Positions 28,262-40,789 of a stretch of 45,252 nucleotides of DNA are shown piece after piece. The stretch comes from Conidiobolus incongruus B7586. Taxonomy: Eukaryota. Position 1 is the stretch's first letter. The number at the start of each line of letters is the position of its first letter. The position numbers and the translations under genes are program-made. The notes below the pieces were generated by a model that had not been told where the DNA came from, made no database searches, and saw only the letters and a list, made by a program, of their open reading frames with translations. The stretch is from NCBI GenBank assembly GCA_000697335.1, contig JNEM01011217.1, forward strand, positions 1 through 45,252, written 5' to 3'.

Positions 28262-29296
28262 ATGACTTTGGAATCTGAATCTGTGAATACAAAACCATTG
28301 TTACATAGAAACTCCAAGGATGATAATGAGAAAATTCTTCACCAAATTGAATTTTATTTTGGTGACCCGAATCTCTCTAGAGATAAATTTTTACTAAGTA
28401 AAATAAATGAAAACCCTGATCGCTGGGTCGATTTGGATATTTTAATGACTTTTAACCGTATTCAACCTTATGGAAAGGAAAAGGTTTTAACTGCTCTTCA
28501 AACACAAAGTGATTTAATTGAACTGAACGAGGCCAAGACTGCAATTCGGAGAAAAGTTCCATATGTCAGCGGTCCAATTGATGATGGTGCAGTTTATGTT
28601 GAAAATATCCCTCGAGATAAAACCCTTGACGACCTGATTGAATATTTCTGTCCTGGGAGGGAAGTGATATTTATCAAACCTTTATTTGAATACATTAATA
28701 ATACCAAATCATTTCGAGGATCTGCACTTGTTTATTTTTCAACTAATGAAAAAGCTATGGAATTCATTGAATCAGGTCCTTATAAATTTGATAACTGTGA
28801 ATTGACTATGAAAAAGCAAATTGCACACAACATAATGCGAGTAGCTGGTGAGAAAATCTTCAAACGTGACTATCAACGTCCATTCTTTGAAGCTAAACTT
28901 GGACAATCCATTCTAATTTTAGGTATATCAAAAAATGCTAATAAAAAAGTATTAGCTCACAAAATCAGGCGCTCCATACCTAATATCATTCATTTCGAAT
29001 TTTTAAATGGCTATATCCCCTGTGCTTATATGAAATACCCAGTTACTGATCAAACAATTGAAGAATTGAAAGCGTTGGACATAAAATATAGCAGTTGGAG
29101 ACCTTTGAAATATCAAAAACTTGAAGGTATTCAAGAAGAAATATTCTTAACACATATTAAAGATAACTGTTATATCTTCAATCGTGCGCTCAAAGATCCT
29201 GAAGAGACATTTGTCAAGCGTTACAAACAAGACTCCAATTCTCCAAAACATATTTCCGATATCGAAAACACTGAAACTCGTGCTTTGAACTATTGA
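28262..29296 (+). CDS. La-family RNA-binding protein (La motif + RRM1 + atypical RRM2), intronless
   Basis: La motif QIEFYFGDPNLSRDKFL...WVDLDILMTFNRI; RRM1 VYVENIP...FRGSALVYF; C-terminal RRM2-like region ending LEGIQEEIFLTHI. First ATG at 28262 (the ORF track starts at GTG 28256). Confidence 0.9.
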   Translation: MTLESESVNTKPLLHRNSKDDNEKILHQIEFYFGDPNLSRDKFLLSKINENPDRWVDLDILMTFNRIQPYGKEKVLTALQTQSDLIELNEAKTAIRRKVPYVSGPIDDGAVYVENIPRDKTLDDLIEYFCPGREVIFIKPLFEYINNTKSFRGSALVYFSTNEKAMEFIESGPYKFDNCELTMKKQIAHNIMRVAGEKIFKRDYQRPFFEAKLGQSILILGISKNANKKVLAHKIRRSIPNIIHFEFLNGYIPCAYMKYPVTDQTIEELKALDIKYSSWRPLKYQKLEGIQEEIFLTHIKDNCYIFNRALKDPEETFVKRYKQDSNSPKHISDIENTETRALNY

Positions 29297-29798
29297 AATT
29301 TCTACCACCAGATTCGAAAACCGTATAATTTTCAAGAATAACTAACTTGGTACAGATAACATTCATAATGATGTCACCAACATGGCAAACAAAACCATCC
29401 AAATAAACATTCTTTAAAATGATATTTCACAAATCGCGGAGTTCCTCTCCACGATTCCAGTTCCAGCCAAAAGAACTATCTAATCATTATTTGAAGCAAA
29501 ACGATATATCATTTTTACACGCTAATACTATAATTACTCTTTTCCTATAGTCTACTATTATTTATTTTTCCACTTTTAGTTTGTATGTATTGATTCTATT
29601 TTATTATTCAATGCTTCATCATATATTTATCAATATCTAATAAACTTTGAATTTATTCAACAAATTCTTATCATGCATTAGTGTAATTTAAATATAGTTA
29701 TTATTATCTATTATCAAATTTTAAAATCTAATATATTAATTAAACAACACAAAAGAAAATCAGTTACAAGTTTAATTAAATTATAAATTATATTATTA

Positions 29799-31107
29799 CC
29801 TTGAATTTGAAGAAATGGGAAATTTTTTAATTTCTGATTTTTCAAACATATTATTAGTTTGAAATAAATAAATATATACAAAGTTAATAGGAAATTATAT
29901 ATTTTTAATATATATATATATATATAATAATTTCTTTGATTAAAAAATTAACTTTTTAAAATTGGCTGTTTAATTTAATTATACTTAAACTAAATAATAA
30001 TCATCAAAAGTTTTTTATTTTAGTATTAGTAAAACTTAACCATAAGCCTTTTAAAATTATTTAAAATTTACAAGCAACTTTTAATAATAAAACATTATCT
30101 AAATTAACAATTTATTACTAGGTAAATTACTTTAAAACTAAAAGAGAAACTATTTAAAACCTGTTAAAATCTAAAAAATTAACTTTAACTGTTATTTTTT
30201 TAATTGTTAATAGAGTAAAAAAATATATTGAAAAATACTGTTTTATTCTAGTTAAAGAATTATCTAAATATTTTAATATTAGTTTTATAAGTATTTTATA
30301 TATATTAAAGTTTAAACTTAAATTAATAAATAAAAATATAAAATAGGTACCTTATAATTTAACTAAAGCTTAAAAAAAAGTTAAAGTAGCTATTATTAAA
30401 CAAAACTTACTAAAATATTACTAGAAGCTTAAACTTTTATAGTGAATAATTACAATTGATGAATCTTAAATCCTTATATATAATCTTTTATTAAAACACA
30501 AATCAAGATATTAGATTAAGTTAAATTAACCCCCTTTACAAATCCTTTTAAATAAGCATTTTGTTAATAAGTGAATGTTAATTATTAAAATAGATTATAA
30601 TAATATATGCTACTTCTATTTAATTCTTAAAAGAAAATCAATTAATAGTAAATTTTATATTGTTTTTTTAAATAAAAGTATTTCTAATTAGTGTTCTCAA
30701 TATAATTTGAGAAAACCTATTATTTTACATAATAATTATAAAATTTATAAATTTAAAGTTATAAAAAACTTTCTAATTAAAAATAACTAGAAAAAACTAC
30801 CACATCTAGTATATTCCTTAGATTATAACTTATATAATTATAATTACTTTAGGCAATTAAAAAACCAGCTTGTAAGAAAGAAAATTTTTACAGGAAAATT
30901 TAATTAGTTTATAAAACATCAAATTTCAGTCTTTAATAAAAAGAACTATTTTTTAAGTGTTAAATCTTTGCTAAAAGTATAACAAAAAGTTATTAATAAT
31001 AAAAGAAACTATTAAATTTATATTATATATTTATTTTTATATATTTTATATTAAAATATTTATTTATTTTCAATTGCAAAAAATTCCCATTTACTAAAAA
31101 TACAGAG
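29799..31107 (+). mobile_element. Mariner (D,D34D) transposon relic, best-preserved copy (B), ~1.3 kb
   Basis: TA-flanked imperfect TIRs (CCTTGAATTTGAAGAAATGGGAAATTTTTT / AAAAAATTCCCATTTACTAAAAATACAGAG). Motif remnants K*VPYNLT (30341, cf. WVPHEL), ITIDES*I (30449), ILHNN (30722), *KKLPHLVYSLDYNLYNY (30788), *QKVINNKRNY. Second and third catalytic positions (30731, 30836) are 35 codons apart. Confidence 0.92.
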
Positions 31108-31549
31108 TAATAAAACCAAATTGATATGAAAATCAATTCATAATTTACTTAGTACTCTCTCTTAAATTAATTAGTGTCATTTTATATCACATTTTGATCT
31201 TGTTTAAATAATAGTCTACTCAATATTAATAACCCATGAATTTATTAATTCAGACATATTATTCAAAAGTAATTACTATTAATATAGAATTATCAGAACA
31301 CTTTTATTTATAAATTCCTCATTTTAGTAATTATATTTTAACACCATATGATTTATATATTCAATTGTTAATTTATCAAATCAAGATCATGTTTAAATGG
31401 ACTTGAAATACCTACAAGCAATATACAATGAAAATGGAATTTGATTTATATGAACAACTGATTAAATATATACATTATTATGTTTATTAAATTATAAAAT
31501 TATTCAAATCAAACTATAGTTACAATTTATAAAATTATAGATATATTAA

Positions 31550-31676
31550 GGTGCCTTAGTAGTGTCTTCAGACTGTTTGTTTAGCACAGGGAAATCGTAG
31601 TTTGATACCTTATGACGGCTATCTGTTGTAATGGTCTTTGCGCCTACTGGTAGCACTATCTGGAACATAATATTTT
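31550..31676 (+). ncRNA. tRNA-derived Pol III-type element (candidate ncRNA or short SINE), copy 2
   Basis: Shares TTAAGGT.CCT..GTAGTGTC, ATGACGGCT.TCTG, TTGCGCCTACTGGTA and TATCTGG..CATAA with copy 1; degenerate B box AGTTTGATACC; downstream TTTT. Confidence 0.55.
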
Positions 31677-32104
31677 AGAATCTTTTAAAATTTTTGATTA
31701 GAACTGTGAAAATTCATACTTTTATCTCAATTTATTGATTTTAATAAATATCTTTTTATATTTGATATAATTTAATTATTGAAAAAAGATTAATAAGCAT
31801 AACTCAATGTTTTTTGTAGGACTTAGACTCTACATTGTTAAATATTGACATTAAAATTGGAAATAACCAAATTGTTAGTATAAATTGAATAATATTATAG
31901 GTCAGATAAATTTTACATTCACGTTCAATTTATGTGATGAATAGAATTTTAACTATTTTATTCAAAAGGTAATTTCATCAAAAATATTTACATCAATAAT
32001 CAAATAGAGCCTGTTATAGTTGCTGTACTAATCCATTAATAAAAAATATATCTCAATAAAATTATCATCTAAAATTCTATCTTATTCAATTTCATAAAAT
32101 TCAT

Positions 32105-33300
32105 TATATTTAAATAATTTGGAAAAAATGCCAAATTTTTAAATTTCTGATATTTTCTATATTTTATTTGCTTTAAAATATTAATAATATATATAAATTA
32201 TAAAAAATATCATTTTATAATACTATATGTATTTTTATTCAAAGTAATTTCTAATTAGTTGATTATAATTTAAAATTTAATATTAAATATAATTTGATTT
32301 AAACTAAATCATAATTATTCAAACTCTTTTATTTTATTAATATTAAAACTTAATCATAAGATTTTTAATATTTTTAACATTTACAAACTATTTTTAAGAA
32401 TTAAGTTTTATTTAAAATTATCATTGATTATTCAATATAATATTTTATAGTTAAAAGCCATTTTTTTAATTCTTTAATAATAAAGAAATTAATATTTATT
32501 ATAAATTTATTACTTATTAAAAAAGTCAAAATTATAATAACATATATCTCTTTATTTCAGTTAGATAATTACTAAAAATATTTGATATTAATGATAAATG
32601 AATATCATATGTTTTAAAATTTAAACTTGCATTAATTAAAATTAATACTACCTAAATAAAATAATATAAAAAAGCTTAGAAAAAGATTAAAGTAATTATA
32701 ACTAATCAAAACTTATGAAGATATAATAAAGAACAGAAATCTTTATATCAAATTAATATAATTATTTAATTTTATAAATTTTATAAAGATTTTAATTCAA
32801 ATAGTAAATAGAATATTATTTTAAAAAAACTAAGATTTTAACAAATTTTAATAAATTAATATCTTATTTTTGTTGATTTTAATTATTTTATTTTTTTATA
32901 ATAAAATTTTAATATTTTTTATGTCATTTTATGAATTAATCAATTATAAATCATATTATAATTAAAAAAATTAAATATTTATTATTTTATTAAATTTAGA
33001 AGTTATATCAAGTAAAAGTTTTATAAGAATATTTAATTACAATAATTAAATAAGTTAATCTCAGTAATATAACTATAATTACTTTAAAATTTCAATAATA
33101 TGATTATAAAAAAATACTAGCAAATAAACTAAATTATTTTATATAATATCAAATTTCATTCTTTGATAAAAAAGAGTAATTTTTATTTATTAATAACCTG
33201 TCATAAAATATATAAAATATTTTTTAAAATGAATAAAGTTTTTATTTTATATTTTAAATCTATTTATATATATTTTTTATTGAACAAATATTTATTCTAT
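32105..33300 (+). mobile_element. Highly decayed mariner relic (copy D); boundaries approximate
   Basis: Family 5' signature AAATTTTTAAATTTCTGATATTTT (~32133), AAAACTTAATCATAAG (~32345) and ATCAAATTTCATTCTTTGATAAAAAG (~33148) occur in the same order as in copy B. Confidence 0.65.
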
Positions 33301-34119
33301 ATTATAAGATGGTTTTATAGATTAGAATCCAAAGTAAAATAAGTATTTTATATTAAATACTAATAGAAATTCCAATTATAGGTATTTATTTTATTTTTTT
33401 ACTAATGTTTAATATATAAAATAATATTTTAACATAAATGATCATTATTATAAATAAGAAATCAAGAAATAAATCAGAATAAATAACCATTAAGTCAAAA
33501 TTTTAAAAATATAATATTTTATTATTTATTGCCATGGATATTTAATAATAATATTCAAGTCTACCTTTGATTTTGAAATAATATTATTTTATAATAGAAT
33601 ATTTATTTTAATTAAAAAATTATAATTTAAAAATAGTTATATTTTTGACTAGAATTATTAAAGGTATTTTTATCATTCAAACTTTCATTATATTACCTTA
33701 TTTACTAAAATATAAATATCTTTCCTTTTAATTATTATAATATTTTAAAAAAATTTATTTGACAAAATTTGAGTATTTTAAATTTATTTTAATATCAAAG
33801 ATATAATTTCAAAAAATTTTTATAAGAAATTATATTAATAAGTTAAATAATTAATAATATTATAAATTATAATACTAATTTAAATGGAAAATATCAATAT
33901 TTTTATTTTAATTTCAATTTTGGTTATTCAAGTTAATTAAAATATAAATGAAAATTTTTCTTTATTATTTAAATTATTATATATTGGAACCAAATAAAGT
34001 TTTAAAAAAATTAATATTAAATTTTTATTTAATATATATAAAATATATTAAATATTAATATATTGTTATTTTAATGCTTTTTTATATAATTAAAATTTTA
34101 AACTATAAAATTATTAGAT

Positions 34120-34560
34120 TGATAGGAAAAAATCATGTTATTTACTTAAGAAATTATAATTACCATATTGAATTAAAAAGCAATATTAAAGAACACCCGT
34201 TTACTGAACCTGGTGGTTATATTTCTTTTTGTCATTAAGCTATTCTAATTAATAAAAATCAACAATGAAAGCTAATATAAGATTATCACAAAAGAACTAA
34301 TAAATATATCTTTTTAATATTTTTTCCAAAAATTTCCAATCTTTAAGTGTTTTTCATAACTCTTATAAAAATGTTAATTGATGACAAATATGAGATATTT
34401 ATTCTACTTAAAGAACCTAATTTATAGTAAGCCATTTGCATCTCGTTTGGTGAAACCTATAAATTTCCCTTAACACTATGGTAACCTATTGTTTACCATT
34501 GGCAATTCCTCTTTTAAACTTTAAAAATCTATTTTCTCCTATAATTGTTATTATGAGGAT
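34120..34560 (+). mobile_element. Decayed solo LTR, same family as 44161-44597
   Basis: Collinear shared blocks TGATAGGAAA, CTAATATAAGATTA, TGAGATATTTA, AGTAAGC, ATTTCCCTTAAC, TTTACCA.TGGC.ATTCCTC. Confidence 0.8.
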
Positions 34561-34681
34561 ATATAATTATATTATTTGAATTGAATTTTATAATTAACAA
34601 ACTTTAATTAAATAAAAATATTACAAAATTAAACTAATTATAAAAATTATAATAATAATTAAAAAATTAATTTTAAATTAT

Positions 34682-35946
34682 TGACATAAAATGAGAAAAA
34701 TAGGAAATTTTTTAATTTCTGGTTTTTTAAGCATATTTTAATTTATATAAAATATATTTAAAATTAATTAAAAAATAAATAATTATAAACTATTTATATG
34801 ATATTTTTATTATTAAAAATTAACCTTTAAAAATTAATGGTTTTTTAATCATATTTAAATTTAATAATAATAACCAATAGTTAATTATTATAATATCTAT
34901 AAAATTTAACAATAAGCCTTATAATATTATTTAAAATTTAAAAGCAACTTTTAAAAATAATATCTTAAACAAATCGATTATTTATTATTAAGTAAACTAT
35001 TTTAAAACTAATAAAAAAATTATTTTTGAGTTATTAAAATTTGAAAACCTTATTTCAACTATTATTATATAAATCAAATAAAAATATATAAAAATATTAA
35101 TACTATTATTTTATATTATAATATTTATCAAAGTGTATCAATATTAGCTATATAAATATATTATATATATTATACATAATATAGTTTAAACTTAATTTAA
35201 TTAATTGAAATATAATATATATATATTTTAAATTTAAAAAAATCTTAAATTAAAATAGTTATAACTAAAATATACTTATTAGGATATAACTAAGAACTAA
35301 GATTTTCATAATTAATAACTATAATTAATGGATTATAAATTTTATTAAATAATTTTTATTAAAATACAAATTAAAATATTAATTTATATAAACAAAATCC
35401 CCCTTATAGTTTCTAACAAAATGATATTTTGTTTATAAAAAATATTAAATATTTAATCAATTAACATAGTTTATGCTATTTTTGTTTAATTTTGTAGAGA
35501 AAATTAAATAATAATAAAACTTATATTATCTTTTTAAAATCAAAATTTAATTAATATTTTTAATATAATCTATAAATATCTATTATATTACATGATAATT
35601 TTGAAATATATAATTTTATAAAAAAAACCTTTTAATTAAAAATAGTTCAAAAAACTACCATATCTAGTATATCTATTATATTATAACTTATATGATTATA
35701 GCTACTTTAAGTAATTAAAAAATTAATTAATTAAAAAAAATTTAATTAAAAAAATTTAATTGGTTTTTGAAATATTAAATTTCAATCTTTAATAAAAAGA
35801 ATTGCTTTTTAAGTATTAAAAGCTTGCCAAAAGTATAACAAAAAGTTATTAATAATAAAAGAGAGTATTTATTTTTGTAACATATATATTAATATCTTTA
35901 TTTATTTCCAATCTCAAAAAATTCTCATTATTTAAAATATAAAGTA
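34682..35946 (+). mobile_element. Decayed mariner transposon relic (copy C)
   Basis: Collinear with copy B. Reads KKLPYLVYLLYYNLYDYSYF near 35649-35708 and SLPKV*QKVINNK near 35821. Ends AAATAGGAAATTTTTT / AAAAAATTCTCATT...AAAGTA. Confidence 0.88.
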
Positions 35947-36594
35947 ATATATTGAATTTGAGGTAAATTAGATATTCCAGTAACTTATCTGGCATGCTCA
36001 ATTATTCATTATAAATAATGGTAGTGTATAAATATTATTTCAAAAATCAATATTTTTATAATGATATAATGTTAAGTTTAAAAATATTATATTATATTTT
36101 AAATATTTCAATTGATAATTTGAATATTTTAATGCTTGGAAAAAATTATCAAAAATTATTAATTCAAATCCTCAACACCTTTAAAATTTTAGATAAAAAT
36201 CAAAATAAATTGAAATATAGAAATATATAAGTATATAGTGATATAAATAAATAAATGCAAAATTTAATATGGTTCGATTCCGATTTACTATGAGGTTGAA
36301 ATGAAACAAATGGGAAATTAAAATAATATATATTGATATTTAAATATCAAATTAATATCAATAACAAGATTCATTCCAAATAAAGCTAATGCTCTTAATC
36401 CAACATTGACTTGCAATCAAACAAACAATTTATCAATACCGATATTTAATCATTTCAAGTTCAAAGTCTATTAATTAAAATCATTCATCGTTAATTTGAT
36501 AAATTTCAAATTGTTTCAATATTCAATGTTTAGGTTAAAAATGGAGAAATTGATGATCAAAATAATAATTCAAAAATTAATTGGAGGTAAAAGG

Positions 36595-39500
36595 TTAATC
36601 GTCATTTTCCGATTCTTCCTCATTGGTTGTTCGTACTCCCAACAAAGGATCCCTCTCACTCGATTCCCCCCTAGTAACAATCGTGCCAGAACTTTGGTTA
36701 TCTCCAAATCTTGGAGTATTACCGACGATTGAGTCCTTAATCCCCACGACAAAAAGCCACCAATTGGATGGTGTGAGATATGGCGAATATCTATCAATAT
36801 TGCCAATAGCACCAAGTTGGGCTAGGTGGGATGCAGTGTTGGGCAGGAGGGACAGTAGGATTGGGAGGAGGACTAAGGCATGGAGTGCAGCTGTAACAAT
36901 GATGGTTAAATACATGCGAAAGTAGTAGATTTCAAAAAGTTTGGACTTAGTGAACGCTAATACTGTAAGTCCAATGAATTTCGTTAGGGTAATGCCTACA
37001 ACTACAGTTGGGAGCACTTTCACAGTAGCTGCATTCGCTCTACGAACATCGGGGATTTTGTGATGTTCATCAAGAGGAGGAATTGGTGGTGGAATGGGTA
37101 ATGTATGGTAAGCGTGTAAGAAATGAGAACAAAATTCAACAGTTAAGCCAATACAAATGATTAAATTGACTAAGGACACTGCATTCAATTGAACTCTGTC
37201 GGAATCTGGAGAGTTGAAGAGGCGCCCCAGTAGTACCATACATGTGGCTTGAACGTCCACTACTACCATGATTAGAACCAATGCTAAGATTAATGTGGTA
37301 CGTAGAGATCCTGTCAGGATAAGATGGACGAAAGACACCAATAGAATGCATCCCAAAACCAATTTAAAAGTCAAACCCACAATATAAGTATACTGCTCAA
37401 AAAAGATATAAAACACCGAATATGGGAAAACCTTGGTATCTGCAGGCGCACCATTGTCAATCAAGTGAGACTGAATCTCCCTGGAAATACGGTTAGCTTG
37501 CTTCAAAGCTTCAATATAGTCTCTCTGCTCCTTCAGCGGGGTATGGTACGTTCTGAAGTGCGACGCTTCGATCTCATGGCGGCGTCGGTTGATGTGAATT
37601 GCTTCAGAGTACCCACCCTTGCCAGCGAGGGGACACTGCTCCCCCGGGACCGACTGCATCCAAAATTCCAGGAACTTGAAGAATTCCTTGCCTTGAGGAA
37701 TTCCAGATAGGGATACGTTCCAAGAGGGATTGCGGCCCTCCAAGCATCCCATACAAGCATCCTCGTCGTCGAAGGGATCGCAAGGCACAAGGTTAGGCAG
37801 ATCTTCCTTGCGAATACGGCAGCATCCTTCGAGTGCGGGGTTCAGAAAATGCATGAAATCGTCAATCCAAACGGCAGCAGGTTGTGCAATGTACGATACG
37901 TTGGAGCGTTTTCTCTCCTGTTCCAAAATATTCGCTACAGAATATTGGTCACAACCGCCGAACCTTCCACATAATTCTTTTTGGCCTTTGAGATGAGTTG
38001 GATCAGCTCCTGTTACTACGAAATATACTGGAGGTCCAATTCGCAGTTGCGAGTCTAAATCATTGAAGTAATTCACCAAGTACGACGTTGTCGGGAGAGC
38101 AATACGCTGGTCCAGACCTAATGGAGTACTGGGCAAAAGACTCAAACTGAAAAGGAAGAACCCTCCAAAGCCTAACAATACCAAAGCTTTCGTCAGGGGG
38201 TAGAACAGGAATGGAGTATAGTAATTCGTGGTAAAGTATTCCAACCAAGTTTGGTTGGTTTCGCTACTGTCGTTTGTTCTACGAACCTTGAGGAAGTAGA
38301 GGATATCTACACGTCCCTCCTCCACCCTTTGAGCATCCAAAGTCATGAATGTAACAAAAACTGTCACCTGGAGGAACATGTTAGCCAATACGGATAGACA
38401 CGCGACTTTGGCGAAGGAACTAACAGCTGGCATATCAACGAGACCTGCAATACCGAACGCAGCACCTTGACATACCGCAGACATGAACAAACTAGGACCT
38501 ATACTACCGACGGCGCGAGCGACAACTTCGTTGATGGGGGGTATTGAAGTGACAGATTCATCCGATTGATTGATGATCTCAATGTTGGTATCGTTCGTTA
38601 TCAAAGAAGCTTCGGATTCTAACACTAGGTTCTTGGCGTAATTGTTCTGGGTTTCAAATTCTTTTGTCAGTAAAAAGAGGTTGTCAACACCAATTGCAAG
38701 TACTAAAAATGGAATTACTTCGACAATGATTAGAGTGATACTGCCGCCAAGCCAGCTGAATATACCAATGGAGAAGATTACACTAAAAATGACTAAGATT
38801 ATACCAACGAGACCCAATCCTACTTTAGACTTTACAAAGAAAGAACCATCCGTGAGCGAACTGAGAGGAACTCTCTGCTGATTTAGCGAGAATGAAGCAT
38901 AGATGAACATTGCCAAATAACTGTATAAAATAATCATGATATCCCTATTTGAGGATTGATTTAATTCCGTTTCTAGTGACGATTCCGTACTGAAACTGAA
39001 TTTGAATTTGGTAGTTTGGCTAAACTGTCGTTGTTTGACGATGAGATAGTCAATAAGGGAAGTTTCCCAATCTTGAATTTTGAAAATTTCACCGGAGTTG
39101 GATGGATTTGGCAGGATGTAGGTCACGATAAAGGATGTAGAATCCCTAAACTCTGTAATGGAATGTGCGACGTTTTGGATACGTCCTCCCAATACAATTT
39201 CGGGCTTGATCGGAGCTCCCGAGGGTGGCAGACAGCTGGATGGATGATGCAAACAGTTGTTTAATGTAGATTCCCAATCTTCATCCCCCTCAAAGGTTTC
39301 GAGATCGTCTTGCCAGTATCCGGTTATTGATTGGATGAGACATCCCTGATCCACAGGTCGGTAGCACACGTGATCCAATTTGAGTTCATAGCTTTTCGAT
39401 ACCAAATTTTCGATATCATTTTGAATTTCAAAAATATTTTCAACCAAATCTCTGTCAAATATAGTTTGATTGGATTTTGAAGTGAAGATGATTTGTTGGG

Positions 39501-40789
39501 ATCTGTAAAATGCACCAAAGTTTTGATCAAAGAAATTTTTCTGTTGAAGTGCCTGAGATTTGGGACCCACCCACAGTTTGACGGGTTCTGTGTCGATGGT
39601 GAGTTGAAGCCAACCGAGACTTCCGAGCGTTAGGACTACGATGGTGATTAGGATTGTGAGAAGTTTGCGAGTTGCGCAGAAACTACCCAATTGGTAGAAG
39701 ATTTCGTGGAGATAGCTGGTTGCCCAGTAGGTTGGGGTCGGTGTGGAGGGATAAATGAATGAATTAGGAGTTTCATCTTCTTCATTTTCTACGGGAACTG
39801 GTTCGAATGAAGATGAAAAAGTAAATGATGAGCTCCACTCCTTCCACCTGACAACTAATGGCTGTTTGGATGACCACATTGCAACAGTAACTAATAACAC
39901 CAAGAATACAATAATCAATTTCAACCCAAAGCATTTACCAATATAGCAATCCCACTCCCAAAACGGTTTGGAGTGGTCACTAGCCACGGGATCCAAAGCG
40001 GGACACACTTGATCACAATCCACACACGAGCATCTCGACTGAGGATCAGTATTATTGCACAAATGAACCTCCCTAACCAAAGGTACTAACTTGGATTTCT
40101 TACCTGGTGACTTCCTAGGAAAATTAATTTGAAATGGCGCCCCCGCCGCACTCTTGTGACCCAAAAACTCGACCATATCGTGCCAATTCTTAGCACCACC
40201 ACCGATCAAATCCATAACATAGCCATTATCCGCAGTAAACTTGACATCCTTGCAACCGTCGAAGAATTTCTGACCATAATCGGGATTCAGATAGAAATCC
40301 AGCTCCGTCACAATTTCTTTACCAGTTTTTGGACTCTTCTTTATTTCAGTAACATTCAAAAATCGACTCTGATTTGGAGAACATGTTAACTCGCAAAAGA
40401 ACTCTCGAAAGTTATTGTAACATGCGGGACATGTCGACAAAACATTATAGGCTATGGATAAACTTGATTTTAAAGTGTTCAACTGCGCTTCGGAGCAGCA
40501 TACCTTCGAATATTGAAAGCTGTCGCCACATACCGTGTTTAGTAGTGATTGAAATCGGTTGGAAGTCTAAATTGAAAGAATTAGTTTTTTAGAATATTTA
40601 TATAGTGATGCGGAGTACTTTTCTGGCTGGATTTGAATCTGGACAGTTTAAATTTCGGGAGAACCAACCACTATCCAAGGGACCACACTCATCGTACATT
40701 ACACAGGTAGTAGCATTTTTATCAGCTAAAAACGTAAAATCTTTACCTAACAAAGAATTCAGGAAAATGAAAACTTTCCAAAGTTTCAT
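36595..40789 (-). CDS. NCR1: Niemann-Pick C1 sterol transporter (RND/Patched family)
   Basis: Signal-peptide exon 40789-40619, intron 40567-40618 (GTACTC...TTTAG), then a long exon with CPACYNNF...CSPNQS, CSCVDC, sterol-sensing EVIPFLVLAIGVDNLF, MPAV, GPPVYFV, FPYSVFYIFFEQY and VEFCSH. Confidence 0.97.
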
